Positions 52,555 to 64,000 of a stretch of DNA of 64,000 nt are shown here, piece by piece. Both the position numbers and the translations under genes were made by a program. Numbering within the stretch: position 1 is the stretch's first letter; every line of letters begins with the position of its first letter. The notes beneath the pieces are model-generated. The model saw only the letters and a program-made list of their open reading frames with translations, searched no databases and was not told where the DNA came from. The stretch comes from Yuukianura sp. NJ FZ-2021 (Eukaryota): positions 2,356,001 through 2,420,000 of the forward strand of contig CM102287.1 of assembly GCA_046563655.1 (NCBI GenBank). The letters run 5' to 3'.

Positions 52555-53636
52555 TTAGAATATAGGAGCAGGTTGTGATCCACTAAAGTACTTCCATGAA
52601 GATGGAATTTGTAGTCTATTCTGATCAGATGGAATGAAAGTGTAGAGTTGGTTGAGACAGTGGACGAGAGCAGTACTTTCTGGTGTGTTGTCTCCATCAG
52701 AAGCAAAAACAATCAATGTCAAGATGGGAATACTGGCAGCATCACAGGCCAGGAACAAATCACGGGCAATTCCACCGCCGTTGATGTTGATTCCAGCATC
52801 TTGCGGTCTCAAAGAAGCACCTTGCTCCACTGAACTTCTTGGTTCAAGTTGTGTCCAGCCCAATCTGGAAAAAAAACAAGGTTGAGAGTTTTGACAAAGA
52901 TAAAAAATGATCCAACTGTGCAATTTGTTTAACGTTACCGTTGAATCTGTTGAATCTTGGTTTGGTCAAGTGCGGATCCAGCCAAGTATCGAATGGCTGA
53001 AGCACTCAGTTGAATGTCGTTTCTCAAGGACGCCATGCTACTTCCAAGGCAAACGACTTCCTTGAAGTTGCAACTTTTGATCCAGTCGACCAAGAAGGAG
53101 ATGAATGCTGCCTGTCCTCTCTGTTTAATTAAAAGTCACAATGACAAATATGTTACTACTTTTATGTTATTTGCACTGCTGAGTCGTACTTTGATTACTG
53201 GTGAATGAAACTGCAGGATGACAAGGTTCTGATCCGGGTGATGAAAGACTAAATATCAAAACACAAATTAACAAGGACACTTTTGCTGCTTTAAAAACTT
53301 GTTATTCCTTATGAAGTTACTTTCACATGCTACTAGAAGGTTTCCATTTCCAGCATTTCCTACCACTGGCTCCAGCGCAGTATGAAATACTTGTCCAATC
53401 TTGAGTGGAGTTGGACGGATGTTCTCCAGGTACAAGTCCACTGCTAGTTGTCCAACATTTCCAACAGAAACGGCTGGCTAAAAAACCAAAAAGTACAAAC
53501 GTTTAGACTTCGATTTCAGGAAAGCTTAGTAATGAAGTGTCAAGAGGTCAATAACCAGCAAGAGGGTGGCTCCACTCAAATTGTACTGTCCATGATTCAA
53601 AAACTTGACAGTATCTCGTTGCGATTCTGTCACCAT
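52555..53636 (-). CDS. PSMG2: Proteasome assembly chaperone 2 (PAC2)
   Basis: LLL|PAVSVGNVGQLAVDL, INGGGIARDLF, FASDGDNTPES, LQIPSSWKYFSG. Confidence 0.92.
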
Positions 53637-53882
53637 TCCTTATAACTCTAAAATTTAGATTCTAAATTTCTTCAGACTGCTTCTGTATGTTTCTATAGAA
53701 GATTTGTGTAGTAAAGGTCGCCTTCACAGTAACTATGAATTTCTTCACCACAGATCTGATCACTAATCACTAATTAATCATTGATTATGATTACTCAATT
53801 AATTGATTAAATCAAGTGTCAAATGCTTACTATAAATGATAAAGGTAAACAATGACAGGACAGTTTCTCAGAAATAAACTTC

Positions 53883-54135
53883 AAATTTCAAATTCAAACT
53901 TGTGTTTTTGGCGCTACTTGCTCCCCACCCCGAGAATTAGGAATTAGATGGGGGGAAAATGAGAGAGGATTTTTGTTTCGCATAATATCCGCATAACAAA
54001 ATCCCAAAATCGAGGTCCCACTTTTTGGACAACAGTCTGCACGACACGCAAAAATAAACGCAAATCACACTCTGTCTTTTTAGCAACCGACGCTCACTGT
54101 TGACCTGGTCCGTATTAAATTATTAGTTACGTGGC
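53883..54135 (-). repeat. ~250-bp repeat upstream of PSMG2 (direct repeat of 60507-60761)
   Basis: Long identical blocks, e.g. CCACTTTTTGGACAACAGTCTGCACGACACGC and AACGCAAATCACACTCTGTCTTTTTAGCAACCGACGCTCACTGTT. Confidence 0.9.
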
Positions 54136-55843
54136 GTGTCAATAATACAAAGTAAAAATGATAAATAATTCTCGTTTTCCTTGATTTTTTATCAGTTTTT
54201 TGTTTTTACATGATTTTTAATTTCTGTTTTGAATTCTGTAATGTTGTGCATTTTTCGTTTCAATTTGCAAGGTCAAATATCAATTTGCTAAGTTTTTTTG
54301 TGCACTTCTTACCTTGCAATTTGCATTTAAAGTTAATAAAACAAGTGTCTTAAGGAGGTGTTGATTGTGCAATAAGATGGTCGGCAATTAGGAACTTACT
54401 ACTGCCTTTTTTATGTCAAAATTTAATTGTGCATTGCTCTCATTCCGTGATTTGAATTTTAGCACAGCACGAATCACAACCAGCCTCATGATGCTCGTGA
54501 TCACTTGACTAAATGTGCCATTGTCAAAATCATCCATTTTTTCACCTCCTTTGAGTCAACCTTCCCAAGTGCACACTTTTACTTTCCAAAATCAACATTC
54601 TGCACCCACTTTAAAAATGGAAATTAAGATGATTGAGATGCTACTCACTTTTTAACATAACTAATTAAAGGCGTCTTTCATTTCCCAATTTTTGGCACAA
54701 CAATTTAGCAGGTTTTCTCACTAAAATTAACAGTTGACAATCAATTAGTAATCGATCGTAGTTAATTCAAACTTCACTTGACCTCATCTCCTGAAACAAT
54801 CAAGGTAAAGAAAAAAAGTCACTTTTCTTGCGTTTACGTTTTTTCAGGCACGAGGGCACGAGTCAATCCAGAAGAAAGCAAAAATGACACAAAAAAATGC
54901 ATTACAAAATGTGCAAAAATTTTAGGCGATGCAAAAAAAAACAGGATTTTTGCACATCACACCTCGAATTTACAAAATCAAGATCATATCATAAAGATTT
55001 TGCTACAATGAAAAAAACAGGAAACAAAAAGTTGTTAAAATTTAGTGTTCTACTCATGATGAAAAAGAGTGTTTAGTGTCAAAAGTGATGCAAAAGACGT
55101 AGATGCTGAGCCCTTCCACGTATGTGCAATGCCAAATGTCACCAAGTTTGTAACTTTTTGACAGAGTAGCTAATTTTTGGCATGAAATTGGCATGAGTGT
55201 TGCCGGAAATTTAAAAAGTGACAAAAGAGGGGATCATCAATAACGATCGTTTTATTTTTGAAATGCCTTGCCCAGGAGGAGATGTGAATATTTGGCAATT
55301 GGAACTTTGCTAAAAAGTTGGCTGTGGCTAATCAATGTGTGATTGCGTAAATTGGGTTAGTACTAAAGATAATTGAGTGGAGTGACTCCTTGAGTCAGTA
55401 ACTTAGCATGAGTAAATAAGAAGAGAAACCTGTTATGAGGATCAACAATAGCCAGAGATGCTGCGGCAGTATCCAAGCACAATATTGGCAATTTGTGATA
55501 TACTGTGGGATGATTAGGTACTTGGAATTATTCACACCTCCGCCCAATCCCTTAAGGGCCCTCCTGTCTCGCTTATATAAGAAAACAACACAATGCCTCT
55601 ACTGGTCTTATTTGTCAATACTCTCCCAGTACTGTTCAAAATACAATACAATTTGTAGTAAAGACGCTCATTTTCGCTAAAAGTTTCCTCAAGTTTCGCT
55701 CAAATTTTTAAAACAATCGGAAAGTGGAACTGATCTATTCAAAAACGCTGAAAGTCGACGCTGAACTTTTAAAAGTGAGACGACGCTGTTTCCGGCGTCC
55801 ACAAATCTAATCCTGCTAAAATTGTGAAATTTTTGGACAAATT

Positions 55844-56408
55844 ATGGAAAAATCACTGGTAAGATTTGTCAAATTTTTGGAAAGTTAACCGCCCTTTGAA
55901 AACAAATAATTTCCGGACTTGGAATTTAGAAATATTTTATCCGCATTGCAAGGGAAAAAATATTTTAAACTTTTCACGGCGTTTAAATTAAACAAGAAAA
56001 AATGAAATTGTTGAAATGAATAATAATTGTTGAATTGTTGAAATTGAAATCAAAATGAACTTTACAAATAAATTGGAACTGAATTTCCATCTGTTTTTTC
56101 AGTTGCCGTTTGTGGTGCTTGTGTGTTTGTTTTGTGTGACTGTTTACTGTGCTCCAATTCCGAAAGACGGAGAATTCGGTTGGTCAGACATGCCTAACGA
56201 TGGAATTCCTCCAGGCTACAAAGCCCTTCTGGAGAAACTGAGAAAAGAGAATCCAGAGGCTGCTGCCAAGGGAGAACTCCCTGATCCAGAGTTCGAAGCA
56301 GACGGAAAGCACAAGGAGGGAACCTATGGATGGTCGGATGGACCCAACGGAGGGATTCCTCCAGGATTCCAGGCACTCCTGGACAAAATCAAGGCCAAAT
56401 CAAAATAG
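55844..56408 (+). CDS. Small secreted protein with two ~27-aa GWSDxPNxGIPPG repeats
   Basis: Exon 1 MEKSL (55844-55858) splices to exon 2 from 56103; signal peptide ...VTVYC-AP; TATATAA at 55575. Confidence 0.8.
55885..55986. mobile_element. Degenerate GACGCCA-family TIR element, intronic
   Basis: TTAACCGCCCTTTGAAAA ... TTTTCACGGCGTTTAA. Confidence 0.35.
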
Positions 56409-57198
56409 TGGAAATGAAACTGGAAAGGGGATCCAGTGACCTCTGACCTCGTCAGTATTTATTTTTCAAAGGTCAAACCACTAGTCAACTCCCAGTGCTC
56501 TCTTACTAGCTCAACTCAGAACTCTTGCCAATGAGCACTCTTTAATCTCCAATTTAAATAGAATATTTTAGAAATATAATTTCTAAACTTTTATTTTTTT
56601 TATAATTTAATTAGAAGTTGGGTGTGTTCGGTTTAGTTTATAAGCTGGAGGTTTAAAATGTGAAATATATTTGTATAAAATAATATGCAAAATGTATAAA
56701 ATGTAATAAATGTGCCAAGTACAGAATCCACAGTGAAGTTGATTGCCGGTTACGTTTACACTGAAAGGAAAAACTAGGTCAGCAGTGTTATATTCACAGG
56801 TCGATGAAAACGATCTTGGCAATTGAAGATGTCAAAAAAGTGGTTTTTAGCAGACAAATAAAACGCTAACTTGAAAAATTGAAAAAAAACAACAACATGA
56901 TTTTGCAACTTACTGACATAACCCTTGCTTGGTGCAACAACCACATTTTTCAGTAACGACGAGAATGACTCAACCCACAAGTCCTACTGATGAACTTAAA
57001 CTAATTAACTTTAATTAATTAATTAATTAAATTATAACAAGAATTTGTTGCTTTAGTGACAAAGTGTGATGGGGTGAACTAAAAATAATTTTTAAACAAC
57101 GCCTAGTTCTGACAAAACTTTTTTGACGTTTTGTATAATTTCAACGCTGCTACACCGTTTTTGTAGTTCCAGTAGTGCTGGAATCCTTGTAAACAAAA

Positions 57199-58621
57199 AT
57201 GGCTGGAAGTGAGAGCAGCGATGAAGCGATTTCCGACTCCAGCGCTGTTTCCGTCACGGTCACCTTGGACTTTGACCCAGTCGAATTCCAAGCAACTGTC
57301 AAGGAAGCAATCATTCTATGTACACACAAAAATGTTGCAAATTTTCAAAAAGACAATCTTTCAACATTTTCAAAATTTAACAATTTAACTTTAAAATGTA
57401 ACGTCTGACAGATGAGAGTGTTGCTGATGCGTATTTCCAGTGGCGTCTTTTTCCAGAACCGCTTAAGCTCAAACTGCATGCCAAACTGGACAAAACTTTG
57501 TTGAGTCTGGAAGAAGAGAAACCGTTGAGTCCTTGGTCATCCCAGGAACTGGACGATTTCAGAGACGAAGCCAGGATGAAGATCATCATCAACGCTTTTG
57601 ACAAGTTCCAGGAAGCAAATCCCTCCTGGGTCAAAGGTCAGCCTCTCAACTTAAAATTGAAATTGGGAAATTTTTGTGAAATTTCAAAATTTTAGTTTTA
57701 AAATTGTTGGAATTGTCAGATCCGAATGCGTTGTGGATGTCTGGCCACACTCTTCGGATGGACATGCGTGGACTTGTGTTTCGGCTGGAGTCCATCATGA
57801 ACAAACTGTCTGCATGGGCTAAAAAGAGCGAAGATTCGCCCAAGGTCACGCCCAGGAAACTCCCCCTCCACAAAGTGTCGCTCATCACTTTTACATTTAC
57901 GACAAATGTCGCTGGACAAAAGCAGTGTCGCTCTTTGCAGCTCCTTGGTCCAAATGCCTCCAAGCGATTCAGCGCTCAAACGGTCCCAATTGAGCAAGAT
58001 GCAAAAGACGTTGACGTCAACTTGAACGTCGAAGATTCTCCGATCATTTCCTTTGCCGTTTCCAGCACTTGTGGGTTTCTCCAGGATTCTGGATCTGACT
58101 CTGGACAAAACAATCAAAATGTTACAAAACCAAAACAATCCAAGATGAATTTGTTAGCAGAGTCACAAACCTTTGATTTTGCGGCATTGGTTGAAGACGA
58201 TCTGCAAAGTTGCGAACAATCTCAGATTTACGATTACGAACCACAACAAAAGGATAAGATTTTGGATTCAAATGTAAACGAAGTTTTTAAGAAACGCAGA
58301 GCAAGAAGTTCTGGAAATTTGAGAAAAAGTGGACTTTGGAAGAGGAGTGAAGATGATCGGAATGCCAACACTGATTCCAGTTGGATAACAATTTCTGAAT
58401 CCAGCAGTAAAGAGGAAGTTGCTTCGAGTGAAGACAAAAAAGATGAGCTGCAGTCCTTCTCTCGCGATGACCTTGAGACTGCAGGGGTCAAAGGTCAAAG
58501 TGAGGTTCGTGGGGGGTCAAGAGTCATGTTGTGCATCTTCTGTGGAGCAATATTTGTCACAATCTTTGTCACAAGTGTGTGTGCAACTCTCCTTTCTCTC
58601 TACAAAGTCTATCTCGGCTAA
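57199..58621 (+). CDS. Uncharacterised tail-anchored membrane protein, 3 exons
   Basis: Exons ~57199-57318, 57411-57636 and 57720-58621; acidic/Ser-rich region; single C-terminal hydrophobic helix (VMLCIFCGAIFVTIFVTSVCATLLSLY) followed by KVYLG*. Confidence 0.7.
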
Positions 58622-58891
58622 AACTGGAATGAACGTTATTAAAAAGTTATAGATTTTGTTTTCATTTTTATAGACTTTGTGTTGAATTTTATAGACTATT
58701 CATATGAATAAGGATACATTAATGAAAAAAAGACATGAAGTGACAGTTACTGCGAATTGTGCCGTCACAAATCGGATTAACTGTAATTATTAATCGAAAG
58801 TGACAAACGATTTCTGAAGTTAACGACGATTACTCAGGCAATTGGTTTTAAAAAGGGAAAAGATGGGGAGAGGCATGGAAAGTTGCCACTT

Positions 58892-60190
58892 TCAGGCCTG
58901 CAGAACTGGACGTTCCTGTTTAGCTTCGAGTGCTGTGTTCGTTTGTGAAAATCCTGTCGCTCCCTGCAACGAATCAAATATTTCAACAGTTTTTAAACGG
59001 CTAATCACAAAATTAAGCGATTAAGCACAACCTGAGGTAGTTTGTAAGCTTTAGTGAGAGATTAAGGAGAGAAAGTTACCCGCTGCAGGGGAATGATGTC
59101 CTGCTCCTTTAATTTTTCACCAGTCAAAGGATGAGTCCAATCCTTCTTGATGATCTTCTCCACACAGTCCATCGTCACAACATCGCCACTAAAACACCAA
59201 AACCAGAAATTAGTTGGAGTAATTAGTAAAGTTTAAACTGGAATGTCAATGTATTTACGTTGTTCGGATGACAGCACAAGGAACAGAGTTGCCCAGAGAA
59301 TCTCTTGTGACTGGACACATGTAGAGCACTTCAGCAGCTACTTTGGAGGACTTGGATGCTGCTCCCTTGATCTCTGTGAATTTAACATCAATCAAATCCT
59401 TCATTTTCAGTGGTTTCCCGGTCATCGGGCAGTAAACAGTCGTGTCCTGCGTAAAGTCACACATTTTTAGAACTTTCATGCAGAATTTTGGAATGTTCAA
59501 GTTTTGAAATGATTTTTAGAATAGTCATTTGTTTGCACTCACTGGTTTGCTCATGACTGACTTCTTGGCCAACGGTGTTTGAGAAGGAATCCAGAAACTT
59601 GGAACGTTTTTCTCTTTTCCAGGAGCCATGTTTGATAGAGAGACTTCTGCTTCAGCGGCTATAAAATCATATGAAATGATGACAGAGTACATTTTGAATT
59701 GAGAAAACTAAATTTTACATGCTGAAGTAGAAGTTGAAGGGAGTAAGTTCCTGGAAGGTGTTGTGATGGTCGTTTCCTGCTGGACAAACGAGTTCACTTT
59801 GTCTGTTTTCTCTGCTTCAGTCAGTTCCATCAGTTCCTTGGCTTGAGAATCCTTCTGATCCGCAAAACGTTTCATCTGTCGTGCAGCCTCCTTCTTCTTT
59901 GTGATGATGTACTGCAGGATAGCAGCTTTGTCAAACAAGTAGCCATCCTTACTGAAACATACCAAAATGACCATTAGCTTACTCAAACGTTGTATTCACG
60001 ATTATTCTCCTTACCTTACGACAGGATCTTGACATCTTTGCAATGTTAAACAGCAACAATCGAAGTTCCTAACAGAATCTTTGCCTAATCGTGTGGCATT
60101 CGTTCCATATCCAGACTGTTTTCCGTCTTTCTGCTTCTCGTGGTAAGTGTACACTGAACCAGCTGTGGAGTTCCTAGCATGTCTCGTCAT
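58892..60190 (-). CDS. NOSIP: Nitric oxide synthase-interacting protein (U-box/RING-like)
   Basis: MTRHARNSTAGSVYTYHEK, RLGKDSVRNFDCCCLTLQ, PSFWIPS, CPMTGKPLKMKDL, YMCPVTRDSL, RPVLQA*. Confidence 0.95.
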
Positions 60191-60506
60191 CCTCCACTTC
60201 TGTGAATCTAACACAATTAAGTTAATTAGTTAAACTAAATTACTTTATTAGTTAATTGAATTCATCATCAGCTGTTTACTTACCAAACTAGAAAGTAAAG
60301 TAAAGAAGAGATGTTCTGGTGAGACGTGAGACGAAAGAATTCTTGGGTTCCTTAGCAGCTGAACTGGATGTCAGTCAATCGTGTTAGAAACTCAAAAAGT
60401 AACTCCAGATTAATCGATTAATCGTTTAATTAATGTAAAACTAAACAAAACTAAACAGAAGAAGAGACCAACAGATGTAAAAATGTAAACAAGTGAACAA
60501 TTTTTG

Positions 60507-60761
60507 AAATTCAAATTCAAACTTGTGTTTTTCGCGCCACTTGCTCCCCACCCAGAGAAATTCGGGGTGGAGGGAAATATGAGGGAGGCTTTTTGTTTCG
60601 CATAATCTCCGCATTACAAAATCCCAAAATCGAGGGTCCACTTTTTGGACAACAGTCTGCACGACACGCCAAAATTAACGCAAATCACACTCTGTCTTTT
60701 TAGCAACCGACGCTCACTGTTTACCTGGTCAGCCTCAGCATTAAATTATTAGTTACACGGC
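60507..60761 (-). repeat. ~250-bp repeat upstream of NOSIP (direct repeat of 53883-54135) containing TTTTCGCGCC
   Basis: See the 53883-54135 copy; canonical E2F-like site at ~60529-60538 next to TTCAAATTCAAA. Confidence 0.9.
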
Positions 60762-62300
60762 AATTAATTATTAATAATGCAAACTAAAAAATAATCATTT
60801 CGAGTTGTCAGCATTGAAATTTCCAAAATTTTGAAAAAAAGAGACACAACTGGTTGAATGATTTTTTGAAGACTTTTTTGTAAATTGATTTTGTGGTGAA
60901 AGAAATTGGAACAAAAGGAGCACTGAAGGAAGAGAGAAGAGAGGAAGGTTAATTTGAGTTGAAAAGAGAAAGAAGAAGAGAAAGTGGCTGCCAAATTTAA
61001 GAAATTGAACGGCTCTTGGTTTCTGTTTGACCCAAAGGTCAACCACCACAAAAGCTCAAAAGAAGGAGCACAAAAGGAGTTTCAATTTGAAAATGTGTTC
61101 GTTATGTTAGGCTCATTTGACGCTGTGTTCTCAACCGAATGATTTCCAAATGGACTTTCTCAATTACAAAAAGAGAAAGTTCAATTAGTTCTAATGGATA
61201 CACTACCAATTCACTCAACAAAAAACTATCACTTTCAACATCAAAAAACTCAGAACCAAAGTAACAGCGTCGTTACTTTTTACTTTGGTTTTGTTAGTGT
61301 ACATTGCAAATTCGAACTTTGTGTCATGTAACTTTTGAAATGAGGAAACAGTTTTAAAAAATGTAGACTTGGTGATGTTGATGTGTTCATTTGGGAAGGT
61401 GTCTAACAGACGTCCCTTGACACTTTCACTTCCGCACAAACGCTGAATCCGCTGACACTTCCACTTTTCCTATTCACTTCCTTCATAAATTCTTGAGTTG
61501 AAACTGAAATTTGGGAAAAAGTGAAATTTCCGCAAGTCCTGGACACGACAGTTTTGACATTTCAGTGACATTTCCATTCTGCCTACTTTCCACTTTTCAC
61601 TTCTCTCCCAAAGGCCTTGCAACCTCACTTTTCAGAAAACAAAATTCAGAATTTTAATTTTCTGCAAATATTAACAAAAATTTATTGCAAGGTCATCGAG
61701 TAAGTTAAACACAAAAGAATAGCTACAGACACTAAAATTTCTATGTGGAATGATTTTGTGAGATTTTAGCAACAGGAATAAGTTCAATGTTTGGAATTCT
61801 TCGAGTCGGTTAGACAGCTATCAGTTACTGTAAACATTTCAAACTTTTCTTGGAAAAAGAGAAAGTATAAGTTGTAACTGACAGAATAGCAAATGCGAAG
61901 TTATTGTCAAAAAAGGACATTCGAAACCAATTTCTCAAAAGTTTCAAATTCCAAAGTCAAACAAACTCTTTCTTTTCCAAAACCATTTTCACTCACGCTG
62001 TCAAAAATTTCAAAGTTCAGAACTTAAAAAATTTACTAAAATATGCAAAACTCAAAGGCCAGAAAATAAAAAAGAAAATCTCACTCAGGAAAGAAAAAGC
62101 TAAAAGTGAAAGTTTTGTGGTTTGAAATTTTCATTTTTTTTTGTTTCCACGGTAACTTGGATTATTCACTACTGTGAATGAATTAACAAACAGTTTTTTT
62201 TTTAATTTTGAAAAGAAATGAAAAAATTTCAGCTTTGGATAGATCGTTGACATTTGAAATTCGGGAGACCCCTTGGATCGCAGTGTTGAATTTGGTGAAA

Positions 62301-63948
62301 ATGGAGAAAGTTTGTGTTGGAGCAGTGACTTGGTTGGTGCTGTTGATGACCCTGTTTGGCCTGAGTCAAGGTCAGGTCATCACCAAACCCCAAAAACAAA
62401 TGTGCTCTCCATGTGAAAGAAAAATTTCAGGTATCCACAAAAAAAAAAAAATAACTCTAAAATTCCAATTGGCTTTTCAAATTTTGAAATTTAGCATTTA
62501 CTTTGTAACTATTTAGTTTTTGTTTTGTTTAGAAGAGGCTCTGATCCTTTGGCGTAGTTTTTCGAATCGTGGCTATGCGAAGAACATTGGGTCATGTCAG
62601 GACAAACCAGAGTGTCCCGAAGGCAGTCGCAAGTCACACGCATCGTCACTCCAAGTCACCCTCAAACTCACTTCTACTCTTCTTCCACTTTACTTCATCT
62701 TCTGACCAAAAGGTTATGAAAACTGAATTTTGAAACTCATTTGGAAACTGAATCTGGTTGGAAATTGAAAATAAATTTTACGGAACGGGCATTTTTTTTT
62801 TTTTTGGATATTTTGATGAAATTTTTTTTCCAAATTGTTGGTTTGACCTTAGAAGTGTTGAATACTTGAAGAGTATCGATAAAACTACGGCAGAGGTGAA
62901 ATAGGTCAACTCTGGAAGGTCCAGGCACAAAACCATTAACTCCACGCGCATTTTCATACTTTTCAAAAAAACGAGAAATATTTGGAGGCATTTGGAAAAG
63001 TGTTTGTTCGTTTTGATACTTTGTGGTGTAGTGATGGAGTCTCTGCCGAATGTGTACAGGTACCAGTACAAATACTTCCATCCTACTCCCATCTTCCCAA
63101 TGGTCGCAAATCCCGTGAGTGAAAAACAACATTTTGAAAAAACCCATCACTTTCTAAAATTTATCCTGAAACAATGTTTGAATTTTGAATTTTGAAATTC
63201 GTTTTTTTGAGTATAGGCGGATCGCCTGTGTTTCCGATACGGTGGAAGATGTAGCCTGGAACCCTGCTCTCATAACGTTATGAGTGCCGCGGTGCTGGGT
63301 CAAGCTGAAAATCAACTCAGGTCAAATTTCAACTCTGTCATTCCTTGGAAAATTCCGGATACTGGAAATGCTGGTAGCATTTTTGCAAAGAAGGAATGTG
63401 CTTGTGGTCGCCAGTAAGTTTTTAGTACTTTCCCAAAATTAAAAAATTTAATTTATCATGAAACTTGAAATTTCGAAATTTAAACAGCAGAAACAACCAA
63501 ATTGGGAATCAGTTGACGGAAAACTTTGTTTCGGGTCATCTGGCCAGGACGAATGTGAGACACGGTCAAAGGTCAGTTTAAAAAAGTGAAATTTGAAAAT
63601 CTTCAAGAATAATTTTCACATTTCCCTTAAAATTTTCTGGACTAACTTTTTGAATATTTTTTTTTGAGTTACTCCGTGCGAGATTGGAACTGGAACACGC
63701 ATGACCTTTGCAGCGGCGCTTCCTCTGTCCACAACGCTGTCCAACTTCTGGAAGATGAGACTAAAAAGTGCATTAGTGAAGTGTGCAAAGAGCAACTGCG
63801 CAGAAGCATCGACACTGCAGATGACCTCAGTGTCAGAATCACCGACATTGCAAACTGGACACAACAACTACGGTTAGAGAAGGAACAAAATATCAAATAC
63901 ACTTACATGCTGGAAAACCTAAGACACAGAGTTCTACAAATGATTAAA
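62301..63948 (+). pseudogene. Secreted-protein gene, unknown family, running off the window; apparent frameshift and premature stop
   Basis: Signal peptide MEKVCVGAVTWLVLLMTLFGLSQG. GT-AG-bounded exons at ~62301-62430, 62533-62712, 62853-63114, 63217-63414, 63488-63571 and 63669-63948 join into one frame only with a 1-nt insertion in the T5 run (62558-62562) and readthrough of TAG 62902-62904. Confidence 0.45.
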
Positions 63949-64000
63949 GTAACATTTCCAAAAAATTACTTTTTCAAAAAATACTTTTTCAAAATTTCAA

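Noticed and set aside
648..60190. Functional ubiquitin-proteasome gene cluster (WDTC1, PSMA2, PSMG2, NOSIP)
   Set aside because: The genes are interspersed with unrelated loci; co-location alone is not evidence without synteny data.
60760..62200. Short ORFs in AT-rich intergenic DNA (also 13400-14700 and 54200-55700)
   Set aside because: Low-complexity F/K/L/N-rich translations with no coherent exon chain.
62778..63092. Minus-strand ORF loosely resembling a chemoreceptor C-terminus
   Set aside because: The flanking splice signals are GT-AG on the plus strand; this ORF is most likely the antisense shadow of a plus-strand exon.

Overview
Eukaryotic, AT-rich, gene-dense genomic DNA with many short (~60-100 nt) spliceosomal introns. 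Classic C-X3-C / C-X8-C odorant-binding proteins point to a hexapod, possibly a springtail (inference only). Gene order: WDTC1/adipose (+); two tandem vitellogenin/LLTP-family genes (+) with a tiny GPI-anchor-type gene (-) between them; PSMA2 (+); midasin MDN1 (+, ~19.5 kb); three 8-Cys OBP genes (-), interrupted by a repeat plus an orphan two-exon 3' fragment of GTPBP1; PDHA1 (+); an unknown secreted protein (+); PSMG2 (-); a small secreted two-repeat peptide (+); a tail-anchored protein with LIR-like motifs (+); NOSIP (-); and a damaged or partial secreted-protein gene at the right edge. Most notable observations: a probable U2-type AT-AC intron in one OBP, supported by paralog alignment; a ~90-bp MITE-like family, one copy of which coincides exactly with an intron; a ~250-bp module with E2F/CHR-like motifs repeated upstream of PSMG2 and NOSIP and, diverged, upstream of PSMA2; five perfect nuclear-receptor DR1 sites; and asymmetric intron content between the two LLTP paralogs. 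Exon boundaries were read by eye and may be off by a few nt.
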